From an uncultured bacterium (GTDB lineage: Bacteria > Bacillota > Desulfotomaculia > Desulfotomaculales > Desulfallaceae), in assembly GCA_965539975.1 (NCBI GenBank), contig CBETWA010000002.1, forward strand, positions 24,244 to 88,243: a stretch of 64,000 nt of DNA. The letters are read 5' to 3'. Both the position numbers and the translations under genes were made by a program. This document shows, in pieces, positions 1 through 10,339 of the stretch (position 1 is the first letter of the stretch; every line of letters starts with the position of its first letter). The notes under the pieces were generated by a model. The model worked only from the letters and a program-made list of their open reading frames with translations. It ran no database searches and had not been told where the DNA came from.

Positions 1-245
1 CATGTCGAAGCCGGAAATTGATATGAGTTATGAATCCACAGGTAGTCCGGCTGAAAACCGTGGTCCCACTGGGCCGCACAGCGGGCTTCGTACACCACCA
101 GCAGATCCACCCCCCACCGTTTTGCCGCCGGAAAACAGTATTTTGCTGAAGTATTAAAGAATAGGCGGCGTGGCGAACACCGCAGGTGCCTTAAAGACCA
201 TCAAATCATTACCGCCTGGAAACCAAGCCGGGACAAAAAGATCTA

Positions 246-284
246 ATTTGTTTAGTTGTAATTAAACAAACTAAATAATATAAT
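246..284 (+). promoter_or_regulatory. Nested palindrome next to a TATAAT -10 box; probable operator/promoter of the downstream wHTH regulator
   Basis: The palindromes are TTTGTTTA-N8-TAAACAAA and TTTAGTT-N11-AACTAAA. TATAAT lies at about 279-284 and the SD AAGGAGG at 291-297. Confidence 0.35.
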
Positions 285-345
285 CATTCCAAGGAGGTGG
301 TCGGTCATAAACGAGGAGCAACTTCAATTCATAGAGGAACTGGGT

Positions 346-789
346 ATGTTAATGGAAAATGCCGGCGCCACCAAAACCCTGGGTCGTACATTCGGTTACC
401 TGCTGCTGGCCGGGCAACCCAAAACCATGGACGAGATAGCCGGGGACTTGATGTTTAGCAAGGCCACGGCCTCCCTCACCATTCGCCAGGGGCTGTTAAT
501 GCAAATATTTGAAAAAGTGAGCATTCCCGGCCAGCGCAAAGCCCGCTACCGAGCCAACATACAATCCTGGATTAAAGCCTCCATGAAAAAGGCATCCTCC
601 GTGCAGCTTTGGGAACGGGTAATCGACCGGGGGCTGGGCACCGTGCCGGTCCAAAACCGGGAAGCCAGGGAAAACTTGATCCTACTGAAAGACTATTTTA
701 GTTTCATCAACTGGTACTTGTCGGATATTACGGTTCAATACCAGCGCTGGACAAAGGGTGAGATAAACGCAAAATCGGGTAAACCTTGA
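346..789 (+). CDS. GbsR/MarR-type winged-helix transcriptional regulator; the true start may lie upstream (see finding)
   Basis: The ORF contains GRTFGYLLLAGQPKTMDEIAGDLMFSKATASLTIRQGL...GQRKARY, a typical GbsR-family wHTH pattern. It sits first in an operon-like array with the ABC exporter. Confidence 0.6.
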   Translation: MLMENAGATKTLGRTFGYLLLAGQPKTMDEIAGDLMFSKATASLTIRQGLLMQIFEKVSIPGQRKARYRANIQSWIKASMKKASSVQLWERVIDRGLGTVPVQNREARENLILLKDYFSFINWYLSDITVQYQRWTKGEINAKSGKP

Positions 790-802
790 AAGGCGTGCGG
801 AT

Positions 803-1513
803 ATGACCAACAGTACACTGATGCGCTTGGAGCGGGTTACCAAAACTTACCACATGGGTGAAGTGACGGTCAATGCCCTGGGTGAAACCACCCTGGACAT
901 CCACCGGGGTGAAATACTGGTTATCCTGGGACCCAGCGGGTCCGGGAAAAGCACCCTGCTCAATATCATGGGGGGTATAGACCTGCCCACCACTGGAGAG
1001 GTGTTTTTCGACGGGCAAAACCTGGCCCTGGGCGGAGATAAACAGTTAACCCGTTATCGAAGGAAAGAAGTTGGTTTTGTGTTCCAGTTTTATAACCTGA
1101 TTCCCGACCTGACGGCCAGGGAGAACGTGGAACTGGCTGCCGACCTGGTGGACGAACCGCTGGAAGTAACGGAAGTATTGAAGGACGTGGGCCTGGCCGA
1201 CAGGATGGACCACTTTCCCTCCCAAATGAGCGGCGGTGAACAGCAGCGGGTGTCCATCGCCCGGGCAGTGGTTAAAAACCCCCGCCTGCTGCTTTGTGAC
1301 GAGCCCACCGGCGCCCTGGATTACCAGACCGGGAAGCTGATCCTGGCCCTGCTGGTGAAAATCAACCGGGACCGGGGCAGCACCGTGGTCATCGTCACCC
1401 ACAACACCCCCATTGGAGATATGGCCCACCGGGTAATCCGCATGCGTGACGGTGTGATAGTGGAAATCAAGGAAAACCCCTCTCCCCTGCCGCCGGAAAG
1501 GATCGAGTGGTAA
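803..1513 (+). CDS. ABC transporter ATP-binding protein (MacB/LolD-type)
   Basis: Walker [10 protein letters not shown], signature [14 protein letters not shown] and Walker [13 protein letters not shown] are present. Confidence 0.9.
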   Translation: MTNSTLMRLERVTKTYHMGEVTVNALGETTLDIHRGEILVILGPSGSGKSTLLNIMGGIDLPTTGEVFFDGQNLALGGDKQLTRYRRKEVGFVFQFYNLIPDLTARENVELAADLVDEPLEVTEVLKDVGLADRMDHFPSQMSGGEQQRVSIARAVVKNPRLLLCDEPTGALDYQTGKLILALLVKINRDRGSTVVIVTHNTPIGDMAHRVIRMRDGVIVEIKENPSPLPPERIEW

Positions 1514-3900
1514 TGGGAGCGCTGTATAAAAAACTATGGCGCACCATCGGCAAAACCAGGGGACAGTTTATAGCCGTAACCGCGGTGGTTACGGTGGGCG
1601 TTGCGGTATCCATAGGTATGGCCACCGCTTACTTTAACCTGAACCAATCAAAGGAACATTTTTACCGGGAACATAATTTTGCCGACTACTACTTCCACGT
1701 GGTCAAGGCCCCGCAACAAGTGGTCAAGCAGATTGAAAACCTGCCCGGGGTCACTGGAGTTACCGGGCGCATTCAAAAAGACGTGACCCTGGTCAATGAA
1801 TATAATAAACGGGCCACCGCCCGCCTGACGGGCTATTCCCTTCCCATGGAACGCGAAGTCAACAGCTTGCGGCTTCTCACCGGCCGGTGGTTCGAGTCCG
1901 GGACAGCGGCAACCCGGACCGGGGACATCGAGATCCTGGTTGATCCCCAGTATGCCGCCGCCAACGAACTGGACTTCAATGACACCGTAACCATCGTGGC
2001 CGAGGGCAAGACGGTACCCCTAACCATGGTGGGCACCGTCACCGGACCCGAGTTTGTCTACTTGATGAAAGACGCATCCACCTTGCTGCCCGACCCCAAA
2101 TCCTTTGGCATCATCGCCATGTCCCTGGAAAGGGCCCAGCAGCTATTGAACCTGCCGGGGCAGGTGAACCAGGTGCTGGTGACCCTGGCGCCCGGCGCCG
2201 ACGAGGAAAAGGTGGCAGCACAGGTAAAAAGCATCCTGGAGCCATACGGCAACCTGGCCTCCTACCCCCGCAAGCAGCAGCTCAGCAACGCCATGCTGGA
2301 GGGGGAACTGGAAGGCCTGAAAGCCGCTGCCCGCTTCATGCCCGCTATTTTCCTGGGCATCGCGGCCACCATCCAGTTCGTCATCCTGTCCCGCATGGTG
2401 CGCTCCCAGCGCCTGCAAATCGGGGTCATGAAAGCAATAGGGTACAACAGCCGGCAGGTAATACTGCACTACACCGGTTACTCAATACTGGTGGCCCTGT
2501 GCGGCTCACTGCTGGGCGCGCTGCTGGGCCTAGCCCTGGCCGGGGTGATGTCCCAGGCCTACGCCATGTATTTCAACCTGCCGGCCACCATCGGCGCCGT
2601 AAACACCCGGGCCATCCTGTATGGTTTCCTGCTCAGCCTGGGCGTGAGTACCCTGGCCGGCCTTACCGCCTGCCGTAGCGTCACCGCCATCAGCCCCGCC
2701 GAGGCCATGCGCCCCGAGCCGCCCAAGAGCGGCGGTAAAACCATGCTGGAAAACCTGTCCTGGCTGTGGCGCAGGCTGGATACCGCATGGAAGATGAGCA
2801 TCAGGTCTGCCTCCCGCAACCGAGGCCGTTTTGCCATCACCGTGGTGGGCGTTGTTTTCGCCGTGGGCATGCTGGTGGTGTCCCTGTTTACCATTGATGC
2901 CGTGGACTACATGATTGAATCGCACTTTTACCAGAACCAGCGTTATGATTACCTGGTCCGGTTCGCCGCGCCGGTAAAGGAAAGCGAAATACTGAACATA
3001 ACCCGCCTGGCGGGGGTGCAAAAATCCGAGCCCCTGTTGGAAATACCGGTCAAAATAAGATTTAACGGCCGCAGTGAAGAGGACGTTGTAACCGGTATGA
3101 GTCCCCAAACGTCCATGAAGAAGCTCTTCGACCACCGGCAGCAACCCGTCCGGGTGCCCGAAGAAGGCCTGCTCATCAGCCAGCGCACGGCGAACAAATT
3201 GGGAGCCGGTGTGGGCGACATGGTGGAAGTGGAAACCTTGCTGGGCATCGGCCCCGCCAGGCACGCCGTCGTCAAAATCGTGGGCATGAACACACAGCTG
3301 GTGGGGGGAGGTTCCTTTGTCTCCCTGGAGCAGGCCAACCGCATACTGCAGGAGAGGCAGCTGGCCTCGGGCGTGATGCTGAAAGTGGACCCGGCCTTTG
3401 CCGCCCAATTGGAAGAGAAGTTGGAGGATATGACCGGCGTGTCTTCCATTTCCAGCCGCCAGAAGGAACTGGACAATTTCAACCAGCACATGGGTGCCAT
3501 GCTCTACTCCATTTCCATCCTGGTCTTCTTTGCCCTGCTACTGGGCTTTGCCATCGTGTACAATTCCTCGGTAATCAGTTTTTCGGAACGGCAGCGGGAA
3601 CTGGCGACGCTACGGGTGCTGGGCTTTTCGGTACAGGAGGTCTCGGGCATTCTGCTTAAGGAAAACCTGCTGCAGTCACTGCTGGGGGTAATCCTGGGCC
3701 TGCCCTTTGGGTACTTGATGGCCAGGGGTTACATCAGCGCGGCAAGCACCGACCTTTTTACTATCCCGGTGATTATTTATCCAACCACTTACATATATGC
3801 CGCGCTGGGTGCTGTTCTATTCATCATGGTGGGCCACCTGCTGGCAGCCCGGAGCATCCGGCAGCTTGAGCTGGTTGAGGTACTGAAATATAAAGATTAG
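1513..3900 (+). CDS. FtsX-family ABC permease with two FtsX/MacB-like halves
   Basis: The ~795-aa protein has repeated TM bundles and large extracytoplasmic loops. Its ATG overlaps the ATPase stop (TAATG), indicating translational coupling. Confidence 0.85.
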   Translation: MGALYKKLWRTIGKTRGQFIAVTAVVTVGVAVSIGMATAYFNLNQSKEHFYREHNFADYYFHVVKAPQQVVKQIENLPGVTGVTGRIQKDVTLVNEYNKRATARLTGYSLPMEREVNSLRLLTGRWFESGTAATRTGDIEILVDPQYAAANELDFNDTVTIVAEGKTVPLTMVGTVTGPEFVYLMKDASTLLPDPKSFGIIAMSLERAQQLLNLPGQVNQVLVTLAPGADEEKVAAQVKSILEPYGNLASYPRKQQLSNAMLEGELEGLKAAARFMPAIFLGIAATIQFVILSRMVRSQRLQIGVMKAIGYNSRQVILHYTGYSILVALCGSLLGALLGLALAGVMSQAYAMYFNLPATIGAVNTRAILYGFLLSLGVSTLAGLTACRSVTAISPAEAMRPEPPKSGGKTMLENLSWLWRRLDTAWKMSIRSASRNRGRFAITVVGVVFAVGMLVVSLFTIDAVDYMIESHFYQNQRYDYLVRFAAPVKESEILNITRLAGVQKSEPLLEIPVKIRFNGRSEEDVVTGMSPQTSMKKLFDHRQQPVRVPEEGLLISQRTANKLGAGVGDMVEVETLLGIGPARHAVVKIVGMNTQLVGGGSFVSLEQANRILQERQLASGVMLKVDPAFAAQLEEKLEDMTGVSSISSRQKELDNFNQHMGAMLYSISILVFFALLLGFAIVYNSSVISFSERQRELATLRVLGFSVQEVSGILLKENLLQSLLGVILGLPFGYLMARGYISAASTDLFTIPVIIYPTTYIYAALGAVLFIMVGHLLAARSIRQLELVEVLKYKD

Positions 3901-3975
3901 CCAGGTAATAAAAAATGAACATAAAAGTTTTTGGCGAACGCATTTCCATATTTACTTAAAAAAAGGGGTTTTGAC

Positions 3976-5163
3976 ATGAAACCGGTTGCTAAGCAAAGTA
4001 AGAGGCTCTTGCTGCTAACGGGGGTCGTGTTACTACTAAGCGCGATCACCGCGGCCGCGGTTTTAACCGGCGGCACCGAGGTAGAGACCGTGACGGTCAA
4101 AACAGGTAACATTACCAGGGCTGTTGAGGACACCGGTTACGTCCAGCCCGCCACCAGTTACGACCTGCACGCCGCACAAAACGCCAGGGTGATCCGGGTA
4201 GCCGTGACCACGGGCCAGCAGGTTAAAGCGGGACAAACCCTGGTGGCGCTTGAAAACCTGGATTTGACCTTGCAAATAGAGGACACCCGCTCCCGGTTGT
4301 CGCAAATTGCGGCCTCCATCGAAGCCGGCCAGGCGGCGGTACAGCGCATGGAATTGGAATTGCAAAACGCCGCCGCCAACCTGGAGCGTATTCGCGCGCT
4401 GCATGAAGCTGGAGCCGTGCCCACGGTGGAATATGAAGCAGCGGCATTAAAAGTGGCCGGTCTGGAGCAAAGCCTGCAGGAACAAACCGCACTGCTGGAG
4501 AGCGCCCGGGCACAAGAGGCGGGTTTACACAAATCGCTGCAGAACCTGAACCGCAAGGAGCTACAGCTTACCCTGCAGAGCCCGGTGGATGGTATAGTAC
4601 TTAGCTTGCCGGCCAAGCAGGAACAGGTGGTGGCTCCAGGCACGTTGCTGGCCACCGTGGCGGTGCCCGGCAAGCTGGAAATCAAAGCCGATATACTGAG
4701 CGACGATCTGGGTGAAGTAGACCTGGGCCAGAGGGTGCGGATCACCGCCCCGGTCCTGGGCGGCAAAATACTGTACGGTGAAGTAAAGAAAATATATCCC
4801 CGGGCCGAGGAAAAACAATCCGCACTGGGAGTAATCCAGAGGCGTGTGCCGGTGATCATCTCTCTGGCGGAACCCGCCAACCTGAAGCCCGGTTACGAGG
4901 TAAGAGTGGCCATTGAAACGGCCACCGCCCGGGATGTGGTAATTGTCCCCCGGGAGTCCGTGCGCACCGTCAAGGACGGCGACAAAATGGTAATGGTGGT
5001 AAAAAACAACCGGGTTGAGCACAGGCCGGTGCAGACGGGTACCGGCGACAGGGAAAACATGGAGATAACAGAGGGGTTGAAGGCAGGTGAAATAATCATC
5101 CGCGACGGAAACCTTGACCTGAAGGAAAACGCCCGGGTAAAGATTTCAGGGACACCATACTAA
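3976..5163 (+). CDS. HlyD-family efflux adaptor (periplasmic/membrane-fusion protein)
   Basis: It has an N-terminal TM segment, a long coiled-coil (AASIEAGQAAVQRMELELQNAAANLERIRAL...) and beta-barrel motifs. I prefer the ATG at 3976, preceded by GGGG, over the track start at 3931. Confidence 0.8.
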   Translation: MKPVAKQSKRLLLLTGVVLLLSAITAAAVLTGGTEVETVTVKTGNITRAVEDTGYVQPATSYDLHAAQNARVIRVAVTTGQQVKAGQTLVALENLDLTLQIEDTRSRLSQIAASIEAGQAAVQRMELELQNAAANLERIRALHEAGAVPTVEYEAAALKVAGLEQSLQEQTALLESARAQEAGLHKSLQNLNRKELQLTLQSPVDGIVLSLPAKQEQVVAPGTLLATVAVPGKLEIKADILSDDLGEVDLGQRVRITAPVLGGKILYGEVKKIYPRAEEKQSALGVIQRRVPVIISLAEPANLKPGYEVRVAIETATARDVVIVPRESVRTVKDGDKMVMVVKNNRVEHRPVQTGTGDRENMEITEGLKAGEIIIRDGNLDLKENARVKISGTPY

Positions 5164-5244
5164 ATTACAGTGACATCTTACATAATTACCGGATGCTTCT
5201 ATCCCCCTTTTTTTTCGGCCCTTTGGGCCTGCGCTTTTGCGGTT

Positions 5245-5632
5245 TTATAGTTTTACCAACCCGGCCCGAACGGGATCGAGTTCCTCATATTTAACACAGG
5301 CAATAAGATACGCCTCGTCCACGGGATACGATATAAATCGATCCTGCCACAAATGCCCGCGCCAGGTTTCGCGCAGGCTAATCCGGCAGGTATAACGACG
5401 GTGTGCTTCCCCTATGGCACGCACCAGAGCATTTTCCGACGAAGGCACCGCTATAAAGTGCACATGGTTGGGCATGAAACAATAAGCCCATATATCCACT
5501 CCCCTGTGGGAGAACCATTTAGGCCATCAGGTCTTTGTATATTTCATAATCACGGTCATTAAAAATGTTTGAAATCGACGATACCCCCCCGTTGTATACC
5601 GTGATGGGGAACGCCGGAAACTACTACTCTCG
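5245..5632 (-). pseudogene. Decayed REP-associated tyrosine transposase (RAYT / IS200-IS605 Y1 TnpA-like)
   Basis: The 84-aa ORF has the YCFMPNHVHFI (HUH) motif and a C-terminal YI..NPVRAGLV. The upstream pieces VVVSGVPHHGIQRG and IFNDRDYEIYKDLMA are in other frames, separated by stops, so there are at least two frameshifts. Confidence 0.6.
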
Positions 5633-5701
5633 CTATCCTTGCCACACCCAAAGCTTAAGAGTAATCTGGTTATCAGTCAAATAATTTAGTAAGGTACCCT
5701 T

Positions 5702-7279
5702 TTAATTCTTGTTATAAGATGGGAAAATTACTGTAAAAATCGTTCCCTTCCCTAGCTGACTCGTGGCATTTATGTTACCGCCCTGTAACTGAACCAGCTT
5801 TTTCACAATTGCCAACCCCAGGCCGCTCCCTTTTTCCTGCAGGTAACCATCACGCTGGTTCCTCACCCGGTAAAACCTGTCCCAAATGTGCGGCAGGTCT
5901 TCGGGGGCTATACCAATACCATCATCCTCAATGCTCAGCACCACCTCACCCCGGCGGGCCTCCACCTCAACCCTGACGGTGCCGTTTTCGGTGGCCCGGA
6001 TAGCATTTTTAAGCAAATTCCTGATAATCTGTTCCATCCGGTCAACATCACCGAGCACCACCGCATTTTCCGTTTTCTTCTCGAACAGAATCGAGGTATT
6101 CTTACTGTTTGCCATTGCCTCCATAGATATAACCACTCCCTGGGCTAAGGGAACCAAGTCTACCGGCAGTTTTTCCACAGTGACATCGCCGCTTTCCAGG
6201 CGGCTTAGCGCAAACATGTCATCTACCAGCCTGGTAATATGAATCGTCTGGGTATAAATTGTATCCAGGTACCTCTTCAGCAAAGCTTCATCCTGAACCA
6301 TACCGTCGCGAATAGCCTCTACAAATCCCTGAACAGCAGTTAGAGGGGTACGTAACTCATGCGATATCTCCGCAAACAACCGGGCTTTTTCTTCTTCCAT
6401 CCTGCGGCTTTCGGCATGCATCTCCCGCAGTCTCACCGCCAAATGGCTGAGCTGGCCGGCAAGGGCTTTCATTTCCTCCGGAGGTCGTTCCCCAGCGCTT
6501 AAAACATAATTCCCCCGGTTAAACTCCGCCACAGCGTTAGCCAAACTGGAAATCGGCCTGGATATCGATTGGGCCAGATAGGCGGAAATAAACAAAAAAG
6601 CCACCAACATGGCCATGCCTCCGATAACCAGATACAAACGCTGTTTGTTTAAAGCATGGTTGAGATTAACCGGGTTCGTTTCCAACATAATGCCATTTTC
6701 GATGTCGTCCCTGTTATCGTTATTACCCATGGGGACAACAGCAACAAAAATAATCTGACCCGTTTCCCGATCAACCGCCCGGGCAATCTCGGTTTCACCC
6801 TTGTTGAGCAATTCGACGAATTTTGCATCCACCTGGTTACCGGGGACCACTTCCTGCTGCGCAGAAGTGTCAATAATATTTCCTTGCCTGTCAAAGACCG
6901 TAATCCTGGTATCGAAGGTGCTGGCCAAAAATTGTAACATTTCCTGCCTACTATTAGCCTTTTCACTTGCCTGCCCGGTAGATATTCCACCCAATGCCTG
7001 GTCACTTTGCTGGAGCAAGGCAAAGTTTACCCGCTTGGCCTTGCGCAACAGATCCTGCTGGACTTGGTCATAGACTATTTGTTGCACTACATAACCGGAA
7101 AACATCGTTAGGGCAATCAGACCGAAAATAAAGGTTGTCATATTGGTAAACAGTATCCTGGTGTAAATACTTTTGCTTATTTGTTCCCGCAGCAAGCGTT
7201 TGAGAGCAAGGAAGAGCCCGCTTGCGGCACGGATTACGAAGTAAAGGCTTTCTCTACCCTGTTGGAGATAAGAACTCAC
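5702..7279 (-). CDS. Sensor histidine kinase (TM-sensor-TM, HAMP, HisKA, HATPase_c)
   Basis: H-box EISHELRTPLT, N-box LLKNAIRAT and G-boxes DDGIGI / GSGLGLAIV are present. Confidence 0.85.
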   Translation of the reverse strand: MSSYLQQGRESLYFVIRAASGLFLALKRLLREQISKSIYTRILFTNMTTFIFGLIALTMFSGYVVQQIVYDQVQQDLLRKAKRVNFALLQQSDQALGGISTGQASEKANSRQEMLQFLASTFDTRITVFDRQGNIIDTSAQQEVVPGNQVDAKFVELLNKGETEIARAVDRETGQIIFVAVVPMGNNDNRDDIENGIMLETNPVNLNHALNKQRLYLVIGGMAMLVAFLFISAYLAQSISRPISSLANAVAEFNRGNYVLSAGERPPEEMKALAGQLSHLAVRLREMHAESRRMEEEKARLFAEISHELRTPLTAVQGFVEAIRDGMVQDEALLKRYLDTIYTQTIHITRLVDDMFALSRLESGDVTVEKLPVDLVPLAQGVVISMEAMANSKNTSILFEKKTENAVVLGDVDRMEQIIRNLLKNAIRATENGTVRVEVEARRGEVVLSIEDDGIGIAPEDLPHIWDRFYRVRNQRDGYLQEKGSGLGLAIVKKLVQLQGGNINATSQLGKGTIFTVIFPSYNKN

Positions 7280-7293
7280 AATGTGATCTCTCC

Positions 7294-7989
7294 CTACTTG
7301 ACAGGAGGTGTAAACTGGTATCCCACACCCCAGACAGTTGTCAGGTATTCATGGGGCAAGGATGCTAGCTTTGCCCTCAGCCTACGAATATGTACATCCA
7401 CCGTACGCTGGTCACCGAAGTAATCATGTTCCCAAACAGCCGTTAATAGTTCTTGCCTGGTGAAAACCCGCCGGGGATTCTGGGCCAGGTAATATAGTAA
7501 ATCGAATTCTCTGGGAGTAACTTCTGTTTTTTTACCGTCAACCAAAACACTCCTATTTTCGGCCCGGATTTCCAACCCCGGGTATTTTATTTTCCAGTTC
7601 GCCGGCGAGTTAATCGGTTGGGTACGACGCAATACAGCTTTGATTCTGGCAACCAGCTCCCTGGGGCTAAAAGGCTTGGCAACATAGTCATCAGCTCCCA
7701 TTTCCAATCCTAGAACACGGTCCGCTTCTTCCCCTTTGGCTGTAAGCATGATGATGGGAACCATGCGGATCTCCCTTAAATTGCGACATAGTGTAAGCCC
7801 ATCCTTACCCGGAAGCATGATATCCAGTATTACCACATCAGGATTCTCCCGGTGAAATGCGGGCAGTACCAGGTTACCGTCGTCTACCCCAATAATTTCA
7901 AAACCTTCCCTTTCACCGTACAACTTGATAAGTTCCAGTACGGTTTGGTCATCATCAACTACCAAAACCTTGCCCAAATACGGCATCAT
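7294..7989 (-). CDS. OmpR-family response regulator
   Basis: A receiver domain (VLVVDDD...DVVILDIMLPGKDG) is followed by a winged-helix output domain (LTPREFDLLYYLAQNP...VWGVGY). It lies directly upstream of the kinase on the same strand. Confidence 0.9.
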   Translation of the reverse strand: MMPYLGKVLVVDDDQTVLELIKLYGEREGFEIIGVDDGNLVLPAFHRENPDVVILDIMLPGKDGLTLCRNLREIRMVPIIMLTAKGEEADRVLGLEMGADDYVAKPFSPRELVARIKAVLRRTQPINSPANWKIKYPGLEIRAENRSVLVDGKKTEVTPREFDLLYYLAQNPRRVFTRQELLTAVWEHDYFGDQRTVDVHIRRLRAKLASLPHEYLTTVWGVGYQFTPPVK

Positions 7990-8622
7990 CTCCCCCCAGT
8001 TCCCCCCTCAGCGAAATTTGAAGCGATCAAGTTCACATTAATTCATCCGGCATCTTCTTGATTTCCTGTACCATATTCAAAATTTTACCGAGCCATAACC
8101 GGAGGTTTTGTATGATAAACAACAAACACCCGCTAGGAGCACGGGCATTTTGGGCAGTGCCGAAGCGTTAAGCAATCAATTAAGGAATTATATACATGAT
8201 ATCGCCCAGCAACTCAATTAAATATGAAAGGTTGTTTACCGCAACGATTATATCACACCAAACTAGCGGGGAGCAATAACTTTACTTTTTTGGTTTTACA
8301 TATTTCTACAACACATGATAGGAATCGTCCAATAGCATATTCATATCCCTTGGTATCTAACATTGTACTGGTAGCGTTAGAAACCGGTCTATAACAATTG
8401 TTCACAATTATGTAAAACATGTTCATCTCTTGGAAAAAGATGCTTCACATTCTTTCATTATAATTGTCCTGTAAAGGAGGTGTACTGGTTAAATATTCCT
8501 TTAATACAAAAGTGGACAAGCCTTTCTTTTAAATTTAACATTTGGCAAACTGCCCGAGAGGTAAGGGCGCAGAGATGGAGGTTTAATGTAATGGATCTCT
8601 ATTAAGAAAGGATAGGATAAAT

Positions 8623-9867
8623 GTGCGGTTTGCTATTGCGCTTATTATTTTTCTTTTCATCTTGGGTGTTTATGAACAGATAAACCATAATAAAAACTTA
8701 AACCGGATCAATATTAGGATCAATGTAAACGGCACCAGGGGCAAATCAACTGCTACAAGATTAATTACCGCTATTTTAAAGGAAGCAGGAGCTAAGGTTG
8801 TTGGAAAAACAACGGGAACCAGTGCGAGAATTATTTATTGGAACAAGGAAGAGGAAGAACCGATCAAACGAGGCCCCTTGGGTCCAAATATTATTGAACA
8901 GAAAGCGGTCGTTAAAAAAGCAGCCAAGCTTGGTGCAACTGCATTTGTAACGGAATGTATGGCCGTAAATCCCGATTACCAGATTATTTTTCAGGAAAAG
9001 CTTGTTAAAGCTAATATTGGCGTTATTGTTAATGTTCGTGAAGATCATATGGATGTGTGCGGCCCAACTTTGGATTTTATTGCAGAGTCCTTTACGGCAA
9101 CAATACCGAAAAACGGAACTCTTATTATTAATGATAGCGAATATAATGACTATTTTACTGAAGAAGCAAAGAAAAGAAACTGCCGGGTATTAATTGCAAA
9201 TGTGCATGAAATCCCGGATGGTTACCTGGAGAAATTTAAATATGTAATTTTTCCGGAAAATGTTGCCATTGCGTTGGCTGTTGCTAAAGCGCTGAACATT
9301 AACAAAGATACTGCGTTAAGGGGAATGCTAAAAGCCAATCCCGACCCGGGTGCTTTAATGATTTATACCCTGGACAAGAAAAGCCCTACATATTTTGTCA
9401 ATGGTTTTGCCGCCAATGATCCCAATTCCACACGAATGATTTGGGAGCATATAACAACTCTTGGTTACCCGACAAAAAACCCCATGGTAATTGTAAATTG
9501 CAGGCCTGATAGGGTTGACAGGACATTACAGTTAGCGGAAGAGGTCTTACCAAACATGGATATAGATATTCTTGTTGCAATGGGTCAGATAGTAAATCCA
9601 ATTACCGAAAGGGTAAATAGTAAAAAAATATCTCCTAGGAAATATGTAAATGCTGAAGGTTTGTCTCCCCATGAGGTTTATGAAACAATCAAGGATTTTC
9701 TTAAGAACAGAGTTACTTATGGGATTGGCAATATTCATGGCGGTGGCGAGGAATTAGTTGAATTGATAATTCACGACTTCCCCACTGAATTAAGAACCCG
9801 CTTCAACAAGGAAACAGGTCAGGTGCAACCAAGTACCAAAGGAAATTTAGCCATTAAAGGAGGGTAA
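8623..9867 (+). CDS. pgsB: Poly-gamma-glutamate synthase, amide-ligase subunit PgsB/CapB
   Basis: The protein is collinear with my recollection of B. subtilis PgsB: NVNGTRGKSTATRL, ECMAVNPDYQIIFQEKL, VNVREDHMDVCGPTLD, FVNGFAANDP, NCRPDRVDRT. Confidence 0.85.
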   Translation: MRFAIALIIFLFILGVYEQINHNKNLNRINIRINVNGTRGKSTATRLITAILKEAGAKVVGKTTGTSARIIYWNKEEEEPIKRGPLGPNIIEQKAVVKKAAKLGATAFVTECMAVNPDYQIIFQEKLVKANIGVIVNVREDHMDVCGPTLDFIAESFTATIPKNGTLIINDSEYNDYFTEEAKKRNCRVLIANVHEIPDGYLEKFKYVIFPENVAIALAVAKALNINKDTALRGMLKANPDPGALMIYTLDKKSPTYFVNGFAANDPNSTRMIWEHITTLGYPTKNPMVIVNCRPDRVDRTLQLAEEVLPNMDIDILVAMGQIVNPITERVNSKKISPRKYVNAEGLSPHEVYETIKDFLKNRVTYGIGNIHGGGEELVELIIHDFPTELRTRFNKETGQVQPSTKGNLAIKGG

Positions 9868-9871
9868 GCAG

Positions 9872-10324
9872 TTGCTTGTTACCACTGTTGCCACAGTCAT
9901 CATTTTGGGTGTTGTTTTGAGCTTGTTATTTACGGAAATTACCGGAATCTTGCCTGCCGGCCTGATCGTGCCAGGATATTTAGTTTTGCTTGTGGAAACG
10001 CCCCAGGCTATACTTTTAACATTTTTAATTGGTATCTTAACTTATTTTATAGTTGCTTTCGGAGTGAGCAAAATTACAATTCTATACGGCAAAAGAAAAT
10101 TCGTAGCAATGATAGCAGTTGCAGTAGTGTTGCAGCTTATTTTATATGCAACACTACCCTTAGATTATCATTATATCTCCGGATTGGCAGCAGTTGGTCT
10201 TATTGTGCCCGGATTATTAGCAAACACGATTCAGCGTCAAGGTATAGCAATAACGCTTTTAAGCACTGTATTGTTGTGTGCAATGACTTATGGCGGCACA
10301 TTACTGTTAAATATCAATATATGA
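9872..10324 (+). CDS. pgsC: Poly-gamma-glutamate synthase membrane subunit PgsC/CapC
   Basis: The 150-aa polytopic protein contains TGILPAGLIVPGYL...ILYGKRKF...GLIVPGLLANTIQRQG, matching PgsC. Confidence 0.8.
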   Translation: MLVTTVATVIILGVVLSLLFTEITGILPAGLIVPGYLVLLVETPQAILLTFLIGILTYFIVAFGVSKITILYGKRKFVAMIAVAVVLQLILYATLPLDYHYISGLAAVGLIVPGLLANTIQRQGIAITLLSTVLLCAMTYGGTLLLNINI

Positions 10325-10339
10325 GAAAGGAGGTGTAAA

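Noticed and set aside
1-200. A possible partial gene at the left edge. The minus-strand frame is open to position 1, and there is a 57-codon plus-strand ORF.
   Set aside because: Neither has a recognisable motif or a credible start or stop context. The region also contains an AGTATTTTGCTG word resembling the element's outer motif, so it may be a non-coding remnant. The evidence is insufficient to call.
2530-3489. Long antisense ORFs inside well-supported genes, for example 2530-3489(-), 16418-17368(+), 27238-28173(-), 43623-44519(+), 46864-47985(+), 57275-58096(-) and 61020-61949(-).
   Set aside because: They lie entirely within, and opposite to, genes with clear family motifs. Their products are low-complexity (Gly/Arg/Pro/His-rich) and lack SD sequences. 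These are typical shadow ORFs of GC-rich coding DNA.
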